A stretch of DNA of 64,000 bases from Octopus bimaculoides (Eukaryota). The translations under genes were made by a program, and so were the position numbers. A model generated the notes under the pieces. It made no database searches and was not told the DNA's origin. It saw nothing but the letters and a program-made list of their open reading frames with translations. The DNA lies in the NCBI RefSeq assembly GCF_001194135.2, contig NC_068984.1, forward strand, positions 133,709,709 to 133,773,708, given 5' to 3'. Shown in pieces: positions 15,501 to 26,442 of the stretch; position 1 is the first letter of the stretch, and every line of letters begins with the position of its first letter.

Positions 15501-18500
15501 AGGTGCACTACAACTTGTCAAAAGTGCGCATAAAGCATATGCAGTATTGTACAAATGCCTGGAAAGTGAACAGTGTATGAGTCAGATACATGCTTGCGTG
15601 TGTATGGAGGGGGGAACATCAGGTGTAGTGTTGGCGAATCTCAGGAAGCATGGAAGTTTTGAAGGATGCAGTGCTCCGACAACTAACAACTGATGCTGGC
15701 AGTTTGTTCCATACATCAGCAACTCTTAGCATGAAAAAGTGTTTCCGAAAGTCATGGGAGCTGTGCTGTTTTCTGACTTTGTAAACATGTCCACGGGTGT
15801 TAGACAGGTGGAGTTGGAAAAGGTGCTCAGAGTTATTGTTAGTAAGATGGTTAATAATTTTATGGTCTCTGTCAAATATGAAACTTTAACATGACATTAA
15901 AGCTTGATTTTTCAGTTGGTTTTACTTGGCTGATTGTTACATTTTGGTATTGTTTTTTCTTAAATCAGAATGGGTTTGATCACAACAAAGCTAAGAAAGA
16001 TGGGGTCATAGTTCCTAACAAAGGTAGGTAATGATTTATTTTAATACTTACACATAAATTTTCACCCTATCTTAAAGTTTTCATTGACATGTATCTCTCT
16101 TACTTCTGAGTGGACAAATGAGAAATGAGAACTATAAATGTGTATGTGTGTATTCCTGAAGATGGTTAATTATGGAGAATAGTGTGATTTACATAAACAT
16201 CATCATCATTTAACATCTACTAAAATGCTTGCATGAGTCAGATGAAATTTGCTGAGGTAGAATATATTGAATCTTGATTTAATAACCCAACAACTGAATA
16301 TTTATATAATTCTCAAATATTAGAACAATTTCCCCAAATGGCTTAACCTCATTCTAATCAAGTTATAGAAACTAATTAACCAGGGTTGTTGTGGTGTGTT
16401 TCTGAACATGTAGTTGTTCACTTTTCCATGCTTTCATGAATCAGACAAATTTTGTTGAGGCAGATTTTCTACAGTTGGATGCCCTTCCTGTCACTAGCCC
16501 CCACTTGATTAATATCTTCCCATGACTGGAGACAAAGGATAGCGTTTGTTTGATCATTACACTCGTGACTATCATGCAACGTCTAGGCAAAACAGATATA
16601 TATATGTACATATATATTATGTGTGAGACGTGCTTCTTTTAGTTTCTCTGTACCAAATCCACTGACAAGGGATTGTTTCCCCTGCGGCTACAGTAGAAGT
16701 TACTTGCCATGCAGTGGAACTGAAACAGCATGGTTGAGGAGCAAACTCTTTACCACACTGCTCCTTATATTTTTTGGAAACTCTGGAATATTTAAGAGCA
16801 TGGAGGCTGACTGCTCCATTTGTTTTCATCCGTCACTATCATCATTGCCTTCACTGTGTTAGTGCTATAAGAATTTGGCAGTTGATTTGCTTCTTCTTTG
16901 CAGGAGTTGATTCTGATTATGATGGTGCTGTAAAAGATATCAAAGAAACTACCAATGCATTAGATCGATATTTAGACCAACAAAGACAGTTGATGTGTTG
17001 TAAAGTAAGTTTTAAATTTAATTTATATTTCAATTATATATTAATTATATAGTACTTTCTATTTGGTTCCTGCTGTTTCTGAATTTTTGCCTTTGCATTC
17101 ATTGTCTCCAGTCTATGGTATATTGGGGTACTGGTAAGAACCGTTATCAAATGGAAGTGCCTGAAAATATGTGTAAGAAAGTACCAAATCAGTATGAGCT
17201 AATGTCTTCCAAGAAAGGATGGAAACGGTACCGTACAAAAGAGATTGAGAGAATGTTAGCTGAAATGACTGATGCTGAAGATAGACAGTCTGCAGCTTTG
17301 AAGGATACCATGCGGCGAATATTTCATCAATTTGATACGGAGTGAGTAAAATTTTCATTATAAGGAAATAGTTGTTTGTTTTCTGTTTTTGGCATCCGTG
17401 TACATATTCAGGAAAAGTTTGGCGATTAAAAAACATGAGACCTATAAGTCTAGAATGTCAAAAACTTTTCCATGATACAATGAATGGATTAGTTTTCATT
17501 TTTAGATATTTATTCTAGTTATGATGTTTATGAAACAGTTTCTCCTAACTTATTTCAAACTACTAAAAGTTTAAACATGCATGATGGCCATTAAGGGAGG
17601 TAACTAACTCCTCAGCATCAGACGGTCAGTTTTTCTAATTTTTTTTCATCTTTATCGGTACCCTTTCCCTCTGAAATGTAATTAATACCAACGTATTTGT
17701 TCTTGGAGTTTTTGTGGAGTTATAGTCTCATTTCAAGTTATTTGTCGCAACAGTTATCAGATGTGGGACCAAGCTGTCCAGTGTTTAGCTGTTCTTGATG
17801 TTCTCCTCTGTTTGGCTGAATACAGTCGCTGTGGCGAAGGAGCCATTTGCAGACCAGAAATTGTTTTGCCTGAGGCAGATTCCAAAGTATGTTTTATGAT
17901 TCTCTTTCTTATTGCTTTTCTACAATTTATTTGTGTTGATTTTTCTGGTGAACTAACATAGTCATATGAGAATTACTTCTTTCCAATATTCATTGTTTTT
18001 GTGTTAGTATACTTGGAGAGATAAAATAATGGAAATAAAAATTCTAGGATGTCACAATTAATGAAGAACCTTAAAGAAAAATGGATATAATCTTAGTGGC
18101 AATGTGGTTAAGAAGTTCATTTCCCAACCACATAGTTTTAAGTTCAACCTCACTGTTTGACACCTTGGACAAGTGTCTTCTAAAACCCTGGGCCGACCAA
18201 ATCAGATTTGGTAGATGGAAATTGGAAGAAGTCTATTGTGTGTGTGTTTCCTTATCTTGATATTGCTTGATAGTTGTTAGTGTTGCTATCATACAAGCAG
18301 TGTCATTCATTTCCAATATTCAGCAAAAACTGGTCACGGGGTAATGTTGCTTACCTGGAAACAAGTGAGGGCTGGTAACAGAAAGGACATCTGACTGTTG
18401 AAAGTCTGTCTCAACTAATTCTGACTCATGCAAGCACAGAAAATTAGTTGTTAAATGATGTACACTTCATAATTTATTTAAAAAATGTGTCGAAGGGGAT

Positions 18501-21500
18501 ATATAGCAGTGCATCTGTTAAGCTGCAATTTTATCAGAAAATTTGATCTGAAGGCGAATGCAAGTTCTAATTTCTCTTATATTCTATTAGAAGAATTTTC
18601 TGAGCCACAGAAAATTGAAAATAATATTCCATATATTTTGTGAGTCATTTCATCGAGTATAACTTGTAATAAATATGTTCGTTGTTTCAGCCATTCCTTT
18701 TGATACGTGATGGACGTCATCCTTGCATAGGACGGTCGTCTGCTGCTGAAGACTTTATTCCCAATGATATGATGATTGGAGTAAAAGATGTAAGCTTTTT
18801 TTCTTTTACATTTTATTGTTTTTTTTTCTCTTTTATTTCTCTTTTTATGAAATATTTTAATATGGTTCTGATTATGATCACATAATCAACATTTGGATGT
18901 TTGGAGTGAATTTTCAGCAATTCTTGAATTACCCTTTAGCATTCAGATTGTTCTGTTGGGCATCCAACTGTAGAAACCAAGCCAAAATAGACCATGGGAC
19001 CTGGTACAGTCCCTGGCCTTGCCAGCTCCTGTCAAGCTGTCCAACCCATGCCAGCATGGAAATGGACGTTAAATGATGATGGTGATGATGTAAAGCTTAT
19101 TTATTGACGTTGTTTTGAATTAATCATGCATTATGTTGTAGCTTAGAGATTTCAATGGTGTATTTTCAGAATGACATTTTAGGGTAGGTATGAGAGATTG
19201 GATCTGGCTGGTTCAAATATAAAACAAATGAAAATTTGGGCCAGATATGGTCAGTTTGAAAGCTAAAGTGTTAATAGAATGGTTAGTTTAGAAAATTTAC
19301 AGTCTTGTTTTCAATAACTTAGCATAGATGACCTACTGGGAAGCCATGTATTCACTTCTTCAGCAAGACACTTGTTCCTGTCCCTTTATCATACTGTCAC
19401 CTCATTCAGTACTATACCCCAGGGGGGTCTTTCGAGTATTTGCTGACCTCACTAGTGCCAGTACTGTGAAAATAGCATCCATTATAGTCTTTGAAATGTT
19501 GGCATTAGGAAGAGCATCAAGCTGTAGAGACCATGTTAATGTAGTCGTTGGACTTTTGTTTATTGGTTCCTGTTGAACTGTTCAACCCATGCCACTGTAG
19601 AAAATGAACATTAAATGATGATGATGGTAAATCTTTTTAAAAAGAAAGTCACACTGATATTTTTTTATGCTTGTGTAATATTGGCTGAAACTGCATCTCA
19701 ATGAGTAGATTTTTTCTTTGGAGTAAGAAAGTACATTAATACTGATGTACGTCATTTACAAGTGGAGGCACAATGGCCCAGTGGTTAAGGCAGCGAACTC
19801 GTCATAGGATCGCGGTTTCAATTCCCAGACCGGGCGTTGTGAGTGTTTATTGAGCGAAAACACCTAAAGCTCCATGAGGCTCCGGCAGGGGATGGTGGCG
19901 AACCCTGCTGTACTCTTCCACCACAACTTTCTCTCACTCTTACTTCCTGTTTCTGTTGTGCCTGTAATTCAAAGGGTCAGCCTTGTCACAGTGTGTCATG
20001 CTGAATATCCCCGAGAACTACGTTAAGGGTACGAGTGTCTGTGGAGTGCTCAGCCACTTGCACGTTAATTTCACGAGCAAGCTGTTCCGTTGATCAGATC
20101 AACTGGAACCCTCGACATCGTAAGCGACGGAGTGCCAACAGCAAAAGTCATTTACAACATCAGGAGAAGACATGGCAGTTAAGACCTATGTTAGAAAACT
20201 GCTCAAGTATAAGTGATGCTGCTATGACTACACACACAAACCTTATGAACTGTAACCAACGAAAATGCTACCTTTTTCAGCGACGAGGATTCTGTACCCT
20301 TACCTGATCACTATTGATAGTCATTGCTTCACCCCCCCCCCCCGTTTTTTTGTTTTTGTTAGAAGGAAAAGAACGCTCTAAAACTGTACTGTTACAAAGC
20401 AGTCTTTCAATGAAGTAATTACATCTTTCTCGCATTTATTTTCAGAACATAGAAACTGAAGACCCCACCACTGATAGTCAAGTAGTATTGGTAACTGGTC
20501 CCAATATGGGTGGGAAATCTACACTGATGCGTCAAGTTGGATTAATTGTTGTCATGGCTCAGATGGTATTTATTTTCTTCTTTTACTCCTTCTTGATAAT
20601 TTTTTTTTTCCCCATTATGTGATTGATTAAAAACTTCTTAATTGCTTTCAAAATTGTTATTATTGAAGGATTCACTTTAATGATTATCAATTATTTCTAC
20701 AAAGTTCAGCTAACTTGCTACTTGTTGCCTTCTTTAGTTTCCCTCACTTATGGAAGGCAGATGTTAAACGATGATGATGATGAATGTTTGTTTTCTATGT
20801 TCAATTATAATAAAAGCAATTTTACATTACTCTATACTTCTGTAGAGTACAAATTTATTCTTATACAAGAATGTTGTTAACTTCGAGGTTTCAATCAACT
20901 AGGTCATCATCAGACTGCAGAATAATATACAGTAATACCTTACTTTACAATGATCCGCTTTATGAGATCCTGGGTTTATGAGTTTTATTTTATAATAAAT
21001 ATAAAAAGGGTAAACAGCCATTTTGTTTGTGTGGCAATACTGGTTCTGATGTGTCTATACAGCAATGGAGTAAAATGACAGCATAAAATTTCATTGCTAC
21101 TCTGGGAAATTGCTCTCCTTTATGAGCGACCTCCAGTAGCACATTTACTCATATCAAGGCATTACTGTATATATTTATATATGAGAAAGATGGCACGTAA
21201 AAAGCACCATTCGAGCATGATCGTTACCAGCGTCGCCTTACTGGCACTTGAAAAAACATTCGAGTGAGGTCGTTGCAAGTGCTGCTGGACTGGCACGTAA
21301 AAAATACCACTTGAGCGTGGCCATTGCCAGTACCGCCTAACTGGCCCTCGTGTCGGTGGCATGTAAAAGCACCCACTACACTTTTGGAGTGGTTGGCGTT
21401 AGGAAGGGCATCCAGCTGTAGAAACTCTTCCAGATCAAATTGGAGCCTGGTGCAGCCATCTGGTTTGCCAGTCCTCAGTCAAATCGTCCAACCCGTGCCA

Positions 21501-23688
21501 GCATGGAAAGCGGACGTTAAATGATGATGTGCACATATAGGAAACATAACCTTTGTATATAAAGTACATCGTATGTTCATAGGTGACGGGGCCTGTGAGG
21601 TTCTTTTATTGCAATTTGTTGTTTGAGTGTTCAGTTTGTGGAAGAAGAATCTCTGTTGACATTTAATTCTCTCTCTCTATTTATGACAGGTGTGAAGTTA
21701 GAATAAACATGTTTAAATTGTGATTTCATTCTGTAGGGTTGTTATGTGCCAGCTGAGAAATGTCGGATAACTCCAGTAGATCGAGTGTTTACTCGTTTAG
21801 GTGCCAACGACAGAATTATGGCAGGTATGTGTTCAGTTTTCCTTTTGTTGTAAGACCAGCTTCAACTGACCCCCCCCCCCACCTCATTGCATATGTAGTT
21901 ACTTTATTAACTTTTGAGTGATGATGGAAGTCCAAACAAAAAAAAAAAAGGTTTAAGTTGAATGAAAATGATATACAATGTGTCTGTTTCTGACAATGTT
22001 GAGCAAATGTCTTCAATAACCTGGGGCTGGTAGATGGAAACTGAAAGAATCCTGTTGTATGTATTGTGTGGATGATAGTTATAAGTGAGTGTCACTATCA
22101 TTTATTTCCAATATTCTGCAAAAAAAAAAAAAAAAAAAGGGGGTGGGTGGGTGGTAAATATTACTTGGCCGTGGCCAAATACTATCTTGCTTGGAAACAT
22201 TGTGACCCATGCAAGCATTTATATAATTTATATCCCAAGTATAGCTATCATTATTTAGGATAAGAATTGATAGAGAGAGGCCCCTTGCATGTCACCTTTA
22301 ATGCAGCAATATTGTACTGATATTCAATTTTTATATTTAACGCTTTTGTTAACTATATTTCTGTTGAAATACACCTTTGTTTCATCAAATTTTGAAGGTA
22401 ATAAAGAATTTAGTAAAAGGTCATTATTAATCTAGTATTTGGAATATAAACTGAAATTTTAATGGAAGACTTAATTTAACTCACTTTAAAACTACAATTG
22501 CATTAGTATTACTTTTACATGTGGAACCAGCCAAAATTACTGTGCTGTACAATATTTTCCAGGTGAAAGTACTTTCTTTGTGGAACTTAGTGAAACTGCT
22601 TCAATCCTACAACACGCAACAGAGAATTCACTAGTATTGTTGGATGAACTTGGTAAGTTTTTTCTTAAAACTGATATTGATCTATTAATCTGAATATATT
22701 TGCATGATTAAACTTCAGTTAAAATATCTTGTTCTATAAATTGTCAATGTACTAGAAGAATCATTTTCATGATCTCTTTGTAGGCAGAGGAACTGCAACC
22801 TATGACGGTACTGCTATTGCAGCTGCTGTAGTGGAGGAAATCTCGAAGACTATCAATTGCAGGACACTATTCTCAACTCATTACCATTCTTTGACTGACA
22901 TGTTTTCAAGTGATCCCAATGTTCGGCTTGGACATATGGTAAGTCTCCAGTGTGAAAATGGCTGTGTGATAGCATATAAGATCATTGAGCATATATATCT
23001 AGTTAACCGTATAATCTCTTCCACCAATTCTTTATATATATATATATATATATAGTAATTTCAGTTCAATAAGGGTTTGAAAACTTGTAAAATTTCACAA
23101 ACAGTGGACACCAATGATATTTAGTGATTGGAGAAAGCACAAGGAGTTTGACAAATTATCTAAGATTCAAAGCTGGAATATTTTTAGGCAGTGTTTGGTG
23201 AGGTGTGTACTTTATAAAAATATCTTCCATCCTTTTTTAAAGGCATGTATGGTAGAAAACGAGAGTGAAGATGATCCAACCCAGGAAACTATAACATTCT
23301 TGTACAAGTTTGTAAAAGGGGCATGTCCTAAAAGCTATGGCTTCAATGCTGCACGACTGGCCAGTATTCCCAATGAGGTAAGATGAATTTTAATATGGCC
23401 AGCCATCTTTAAGCACTTGTCTAAATATTTGTAAGCGACATGTACATTTTTATTTTATCACCAGATCATAACCAATGGTGTGAAAAAAGCCAAAGAATTA
23501 GAGAATAAGACCCAACGCATTCATTTGATCAGGTACGAAGCCATTTAATTTTCCTTTAACTGTGCAAGTAAACCAAGTTACTATTTAACCAGCAACTTAC
23601 ATAAATCTACTTTTCTTGCAGAGATCTATGGAAATTTGATGCAAAAAATCCGACAGAACTGAAACAGATGGTGCAAGCAATTGGCTGA
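103..23688 (+). CDS. MSH6: DNA mismatch repair protein MSH6 (MutS-alpha subunit), 5'-partial, 28 coding exons in window (about 1006 aa)
   Basis: Exons read by hand, all GT-AG and in frame: 103(or 116)-185, 1179-1266, 2631-2690, 3578-3652, 4250-4385, 4820-4959, 5505-5570, 6001-6072, 8471-8681, 8807-8876, 10055-10193, 11042-11150, 12228-12390, 13553-13633, 13751-13846, 14635-14725, 15969-16023, 16904-17004, 17112-17341, 17754-17886, 18691-18789, 20446-20565, 21737-21824, 22563-22652, 22784-22938, 23243-23377, 23465-23532, 23622-23688 (TGA). Motifs: mismatch-binding [26 protein letters not shown], Walker [59 protein letters not shown]. The N-terminal exons lie upstream of the window. Confidence 0.97.
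2322..2532. mobile_element. piggyBac-type MITE
   Basis: TTAA|CTCTTTTGATACC ... GTAATGAAAGGG|TTAA, with TTAA on both sides. Confidence 0.6.
6801..8303. mobile_element. piggyBac-type element ends flanking the 945-N gap
   Basis: TTAA|TCCTTTCGTTACC at 6801 and GGTAACAAAAGGG|TTAA ending at 8303. These could be one element or the ends of two. Confidence 0.5.
7118..8062. other. Assembly gap (N-run); other gaps at 27114-27386, 28916-29190, 59550-59579, 61372-61381
   Basis: Runs of N. Confidence 1.
9475..9534 (+). repeat. (TG)n(TA)n compound microsatellite
   Basis: Read directly. Confidence 0.85.
11210..11601 (+). mobile_element. Third SINE family: tRNA head, internal (TG)n, (GAT)n tail
   Basis: GGCTGTGTGGTTAAGAAGC...CTTGGGCAAGT...AGGAAGGG...GACATTAAATGATGATGAT. 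Partial copies at about 9560-9720, 14860-15100, 16620-16760, 18090-18440, 25200-25340, 31330-31530, 32680-32900, 49860-49960. Confidence 0.7.
11681..12125 (-). mobile_element. (GAT)n-tailed SINE with internal tandem repeats
   Basis: CATCAT...TTTAACG...CCATGCTAGCATG...GGATGCCCTTCCTAACGCCAACCACTC. Other copies at about 2964-3127, 6115-6479, 8940-9123, 10238-10421, 13950-14300, 21192-21528, 34876-35390, 36438-36612, 41030-41180, 44757-45000, 48398-48712. Confidence 0.8.
15468..15835 (-). mobile_element. 3' fragment of a CR1/L2-clade LINE, antisense in an MSH6 intron
   Basis: Open frame 15831-15619: [70 protein letters not shown]. This has the TRGH...FF..RV...WN.LP..VV...S...FK signature of CR1/L2 ORF2 C-termini. 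Confidence 0.8.
18932..19270. mobile_element. Degenerate piggyBac-type MITE interrupted by a SINE 3' end
   Basis: CCCTTTAGCATTCAG ... TTGAAAGCTAAAGTG|TTAA. A (GAT)n-tailed SINE fragment lies inside at about 18955-19090. Confidence 0.4.
19764..20142 (+). mobile_element. Full-length tRNA-derived SINE, (CAA)-tailed family (probably octopus OR-type)
   Basis: A box TGGCCCAGTGG, B box GGTTTCAATTCC, 3' hairpin. 11-bp TSD GTCATTTACAA at 19751-19761 and 20147-20157. Confidence 0.85.
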
Positions 23689-23703
23689 TTACTATACTTC
23701 TCT

Positions 23704-23786
23704 TTTATTGTTTTAAACCTGTACACAATTTTTGGCAAAAAAAAAATAAATGATAAACAAATTTATTATGTCTTAATTATTTTATT
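23704..23786. terminator. Convergent polyadenylation signals of MSH6 and FAU
   Basis: AATAAA (+) at 23745-23750. AATAAA (-) at 23786-23781, 23767-23762 and 23709-23704. All lie between the two stop codons. Confidence 0.6.
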
Positions 23787-23815
23787 ACAAGTTTAGTAAT
23801 TACATTTTCAGAACA

Positions 23816-25609
23816 CTAAGAATTGGCATTTGGTCCTTTCCTTCGTCCGAAACCAGCAACCACATTGACAAATCTCCTGTTGTATTGCATGCGTCGCTTA
23901 GCACGACCAGTCTTCTGTTTCTTCTTTTCTTGCTTCTCCACCTGGAAAAGAAAAGGTCCATTTTCATTATATCACCCCAACACATCAAAAGATGCTTCTA
24001 ACAAGATGGGGATATTAAAAAAAAGGAAAACTTACTTTGGGAGTTTGTCCCTTCACTTTGCCAGCTCGAGCCAAAGAACCATGGACTTTGCCTGTTAGAG
24101 AAAACAACAGTTTAAGAAACAATTCACCAAATCTAAATGTACATATAAAATGACAACAAATAACTTGCAATACTCATCATCCAACATGTTTTCCATGCTG
24201 GCATGGGTTGGACTACAAGCAATATAAAACATCACTCACCTCCAAGCATTCTCATATCCAAGTGAAGAGTGTTCATGTCTTGCAATGACCCAATCGAGAA
24301 ATCATTGGCAAGTGGGGAGCCATTGAATGTTAAAACTTGCTCATTGATATCAAATCCACCCAAATTGAAAAGCATGTTCTGAAATGTATAATATAGAATA
24401 AGTCTTTCAAGATTTCAAAAGAAACATTACCATGCATACATCTCTAGCCTTTTCAATGCCACCAAACTTCTATTCACTCCATTGGTATCTAATTATCTCC
24501 TACATTTATGTGAGAATCCAGTGAAGTGATTTTCATTATCAAGTTTGAACAGCTTTACTAGTTACTCATCAGAGCAACAAAGAATTGCTTATTCTTTCAA
24601 CTGGTTTTAGCTATTAGATGAGAACATATTTATAACACCACCTTCAACAATTCAAATCAATCACCACACAAATGGCTCTTGCAGTATCTACTTAAGAAAT
24701 ATCACTCCAGGCCATGACAGATGACATGTCTATATATTAAATTCCTTCTGATCTTAGATCTGCAGCCATATTATTATGGCACAAGCAAACAATGTATGAA
24801 GTATAAAGAACGAAGTAAGCTAACCATGGTCGTCGTACTAGGATGAATCAGCTTGAGGCTATTTCAGTTTGAACTGCTGCCCACTTGCCATACCAGAGCA
24901 TGACCATATGAAAGTTACTAATCCCAACCCCCTGTCAATAACTACTGCAACTGGACTAATCATCTTGCTCGTCTTATGCACGAATGGATTGGCTGAATAC
25001 ATTACAGCTAGATGGCCAGCAGTTCTCAACTGAGGCCCATATAGGATTTTGTGCTGCCATCATCTCATTGCCCAGGCTAGCATGGATTGGACAGCTTGAA
25101 TGGAGCTGGCAAGCAGCATCAGACTCCATCTGATCTGGCATGGTTTCTTAGTGTGTACTGGGTGCCTTTAGTAGGTGCAGACATGCCTGTGTGGTCAGGA
25201 AGCTTGACTCTCAACCACAAGGCTTTGGGTACAGCCCCACTGTATAGCACCTTGGGCAAGTGTCTTCTGCTATAGCCTCAGGCCAACTGAAGCCTTGTAA
25301 TTGAATTTGGCAGGTGGAAGTTCCTGTTGCATGTGTATACATGCCAGTGCTTGTCTCCTAACACTTTGTTATAAAAATATGTGAAGTTTATTTTAAACAT
25401 AAATTGGCAACGGGTGTCCACATGAGTAAAAATGGTAATCAAAGGGGTGCGCAAAAAAAAAAAACGATTTAAATTCTCAATTTTAACTAGGAAATTTTCA
25501 AATAACTGGAATGGAAAGACAAAAGCATTATTACCTTGATATCATAAATAGTCTCATTCCCCATCAGACTGAGGGTATGAGTCTCATTAGCCTTTACAAA
25601 CAGCTGCAT
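23816..25609 (-). CDS. FAU: FUBI-eS30 fusion protein (ubiquitin-like FUBI + 40S ribosomal protein S30), 131 aa
   Basis: Coding exons 25609-25535 ([25 protein letters not shown]), 24378-24240 (...LDMRMLG), 24091-24036 ([19 protein letters not shown]), 23941-23816 ([41 protein letters not shown]). The LGG|KVHGSL cleavage junction is intact. Junctions are GT-AG; CDS is 396 nt. Confidence 0.97.
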
Positions 25610-26259
25610 CTTGAATCTCTGTCAAAAGAAAGAAATAAAGATTAGAAAGCGAAACTGCAAAACCCAACTCATGAATCAGTGATAATTTTGCAAAACTAGG
25701 AAGTTTTATACTCTTGAGAGGATTAATAAAAAAGCTTTGTAAACTATTGCTTGTAACATGTAAGTCCGGTTGCAAAACAGATTCAGGTAATTTACACTGC
25801 AACAGCTCACTGTAAATTAGTGATGTGGGGATTTGTAAGTTCCAACATTTTAAAGATAGTACAAATAAGTAGGGAAAAAAAAAAAGCCCAAAATTGGCTG
25901 CCCTGCATATATACATAAACAGTTAATTACAAACCATTTTTGATAAGGGAAAGATCATAGATAAATAAACAAGCTAATTTGTTCCCAACTTTACTGAATA
26001 CCAATCTCAATAATTTTGCAAGAAGTTCCGACACATCTTCGTCAAAAATGAAAGGTTTCCCTTCAAAATGCAAGTAACTAAGGAACGTAGAGACATATTG
26101 TAACACATCCATAATGACGTTAAGCTGGATCAGCTAAATATCTCAAATGAGTGAAAAAAAAACTGAGCAATTATTCTGTTTTAAATAATTGTAAAAACCA
26201 CCTATTATTTGTACAAGAAATACATAAAATTTTCGTCTTTTGTCAACGAAAACACTTAC

Positions 26260-26385
26260 CGCGCCTAAATTTCAATTCACACTGAAAATGTAAATACAAA
26301 CGAATCCAGTAATGTTTCTTAGTTATCAAAGTTAAAAAGCGATTCGTGTACCTGGTCTCTCAGATCAACAAATAAAGAATAAACT
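26260..26385 (-). other. FAU: Predicted non-coding 5' exons of FAU: exon 1 about 26377-26352 and a 22-nt exon 26281-26260
   Basis: Minus strand shows CCAG|gtacac donor at 26352/26351, ttttcag acceptor at 26282 and GCG|gtaagt donor at 26260/26259. The next acceptor (gacag) is at 25619, 9 nt before the ATG. A TCT-like initiator TTCTTTAT has its C at 26377. Inferred from splice signals only. Confidence 0.6.
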
Positions 26386-26389
26386 CAAC

Positions 26390-26442
26390 GGCATAACTAC
26401 AGGGTTTTACCCCCCAGACGGGTAAAACCCAGTAGTTATGCC
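26390..26442. mobile_element. 53-bp palindromic mini-element (collapsed MITE) with an 8-bp target-site-like duplication
   Basis: Arms GGCATAACTACAGGGTTTTACCC (26390-26412) and GGGTAAAACCCAGTAGTTATGCC (26420-26442) have 22/23 complementarity and a 7-nt loop. AACTCAAC flanks both sides (26382-26389 and 26443-26450). Confidence 0.7.

Noticed and set aside
19764-19840. tRNA-like sequences with A and B boxes (also 59601, 63690, 32226)
   Set aside because: These are SINE heads: the acceptor stem is not closed and they are followed by SINE body and TSDs.
26396-26412. ACTACA motif as a ZNF143/THAP11 site
   Set aside because: Lacks the downstream TCCCA spacing; the palindrome plus 8-bp duplication is better explained by a transposon end.
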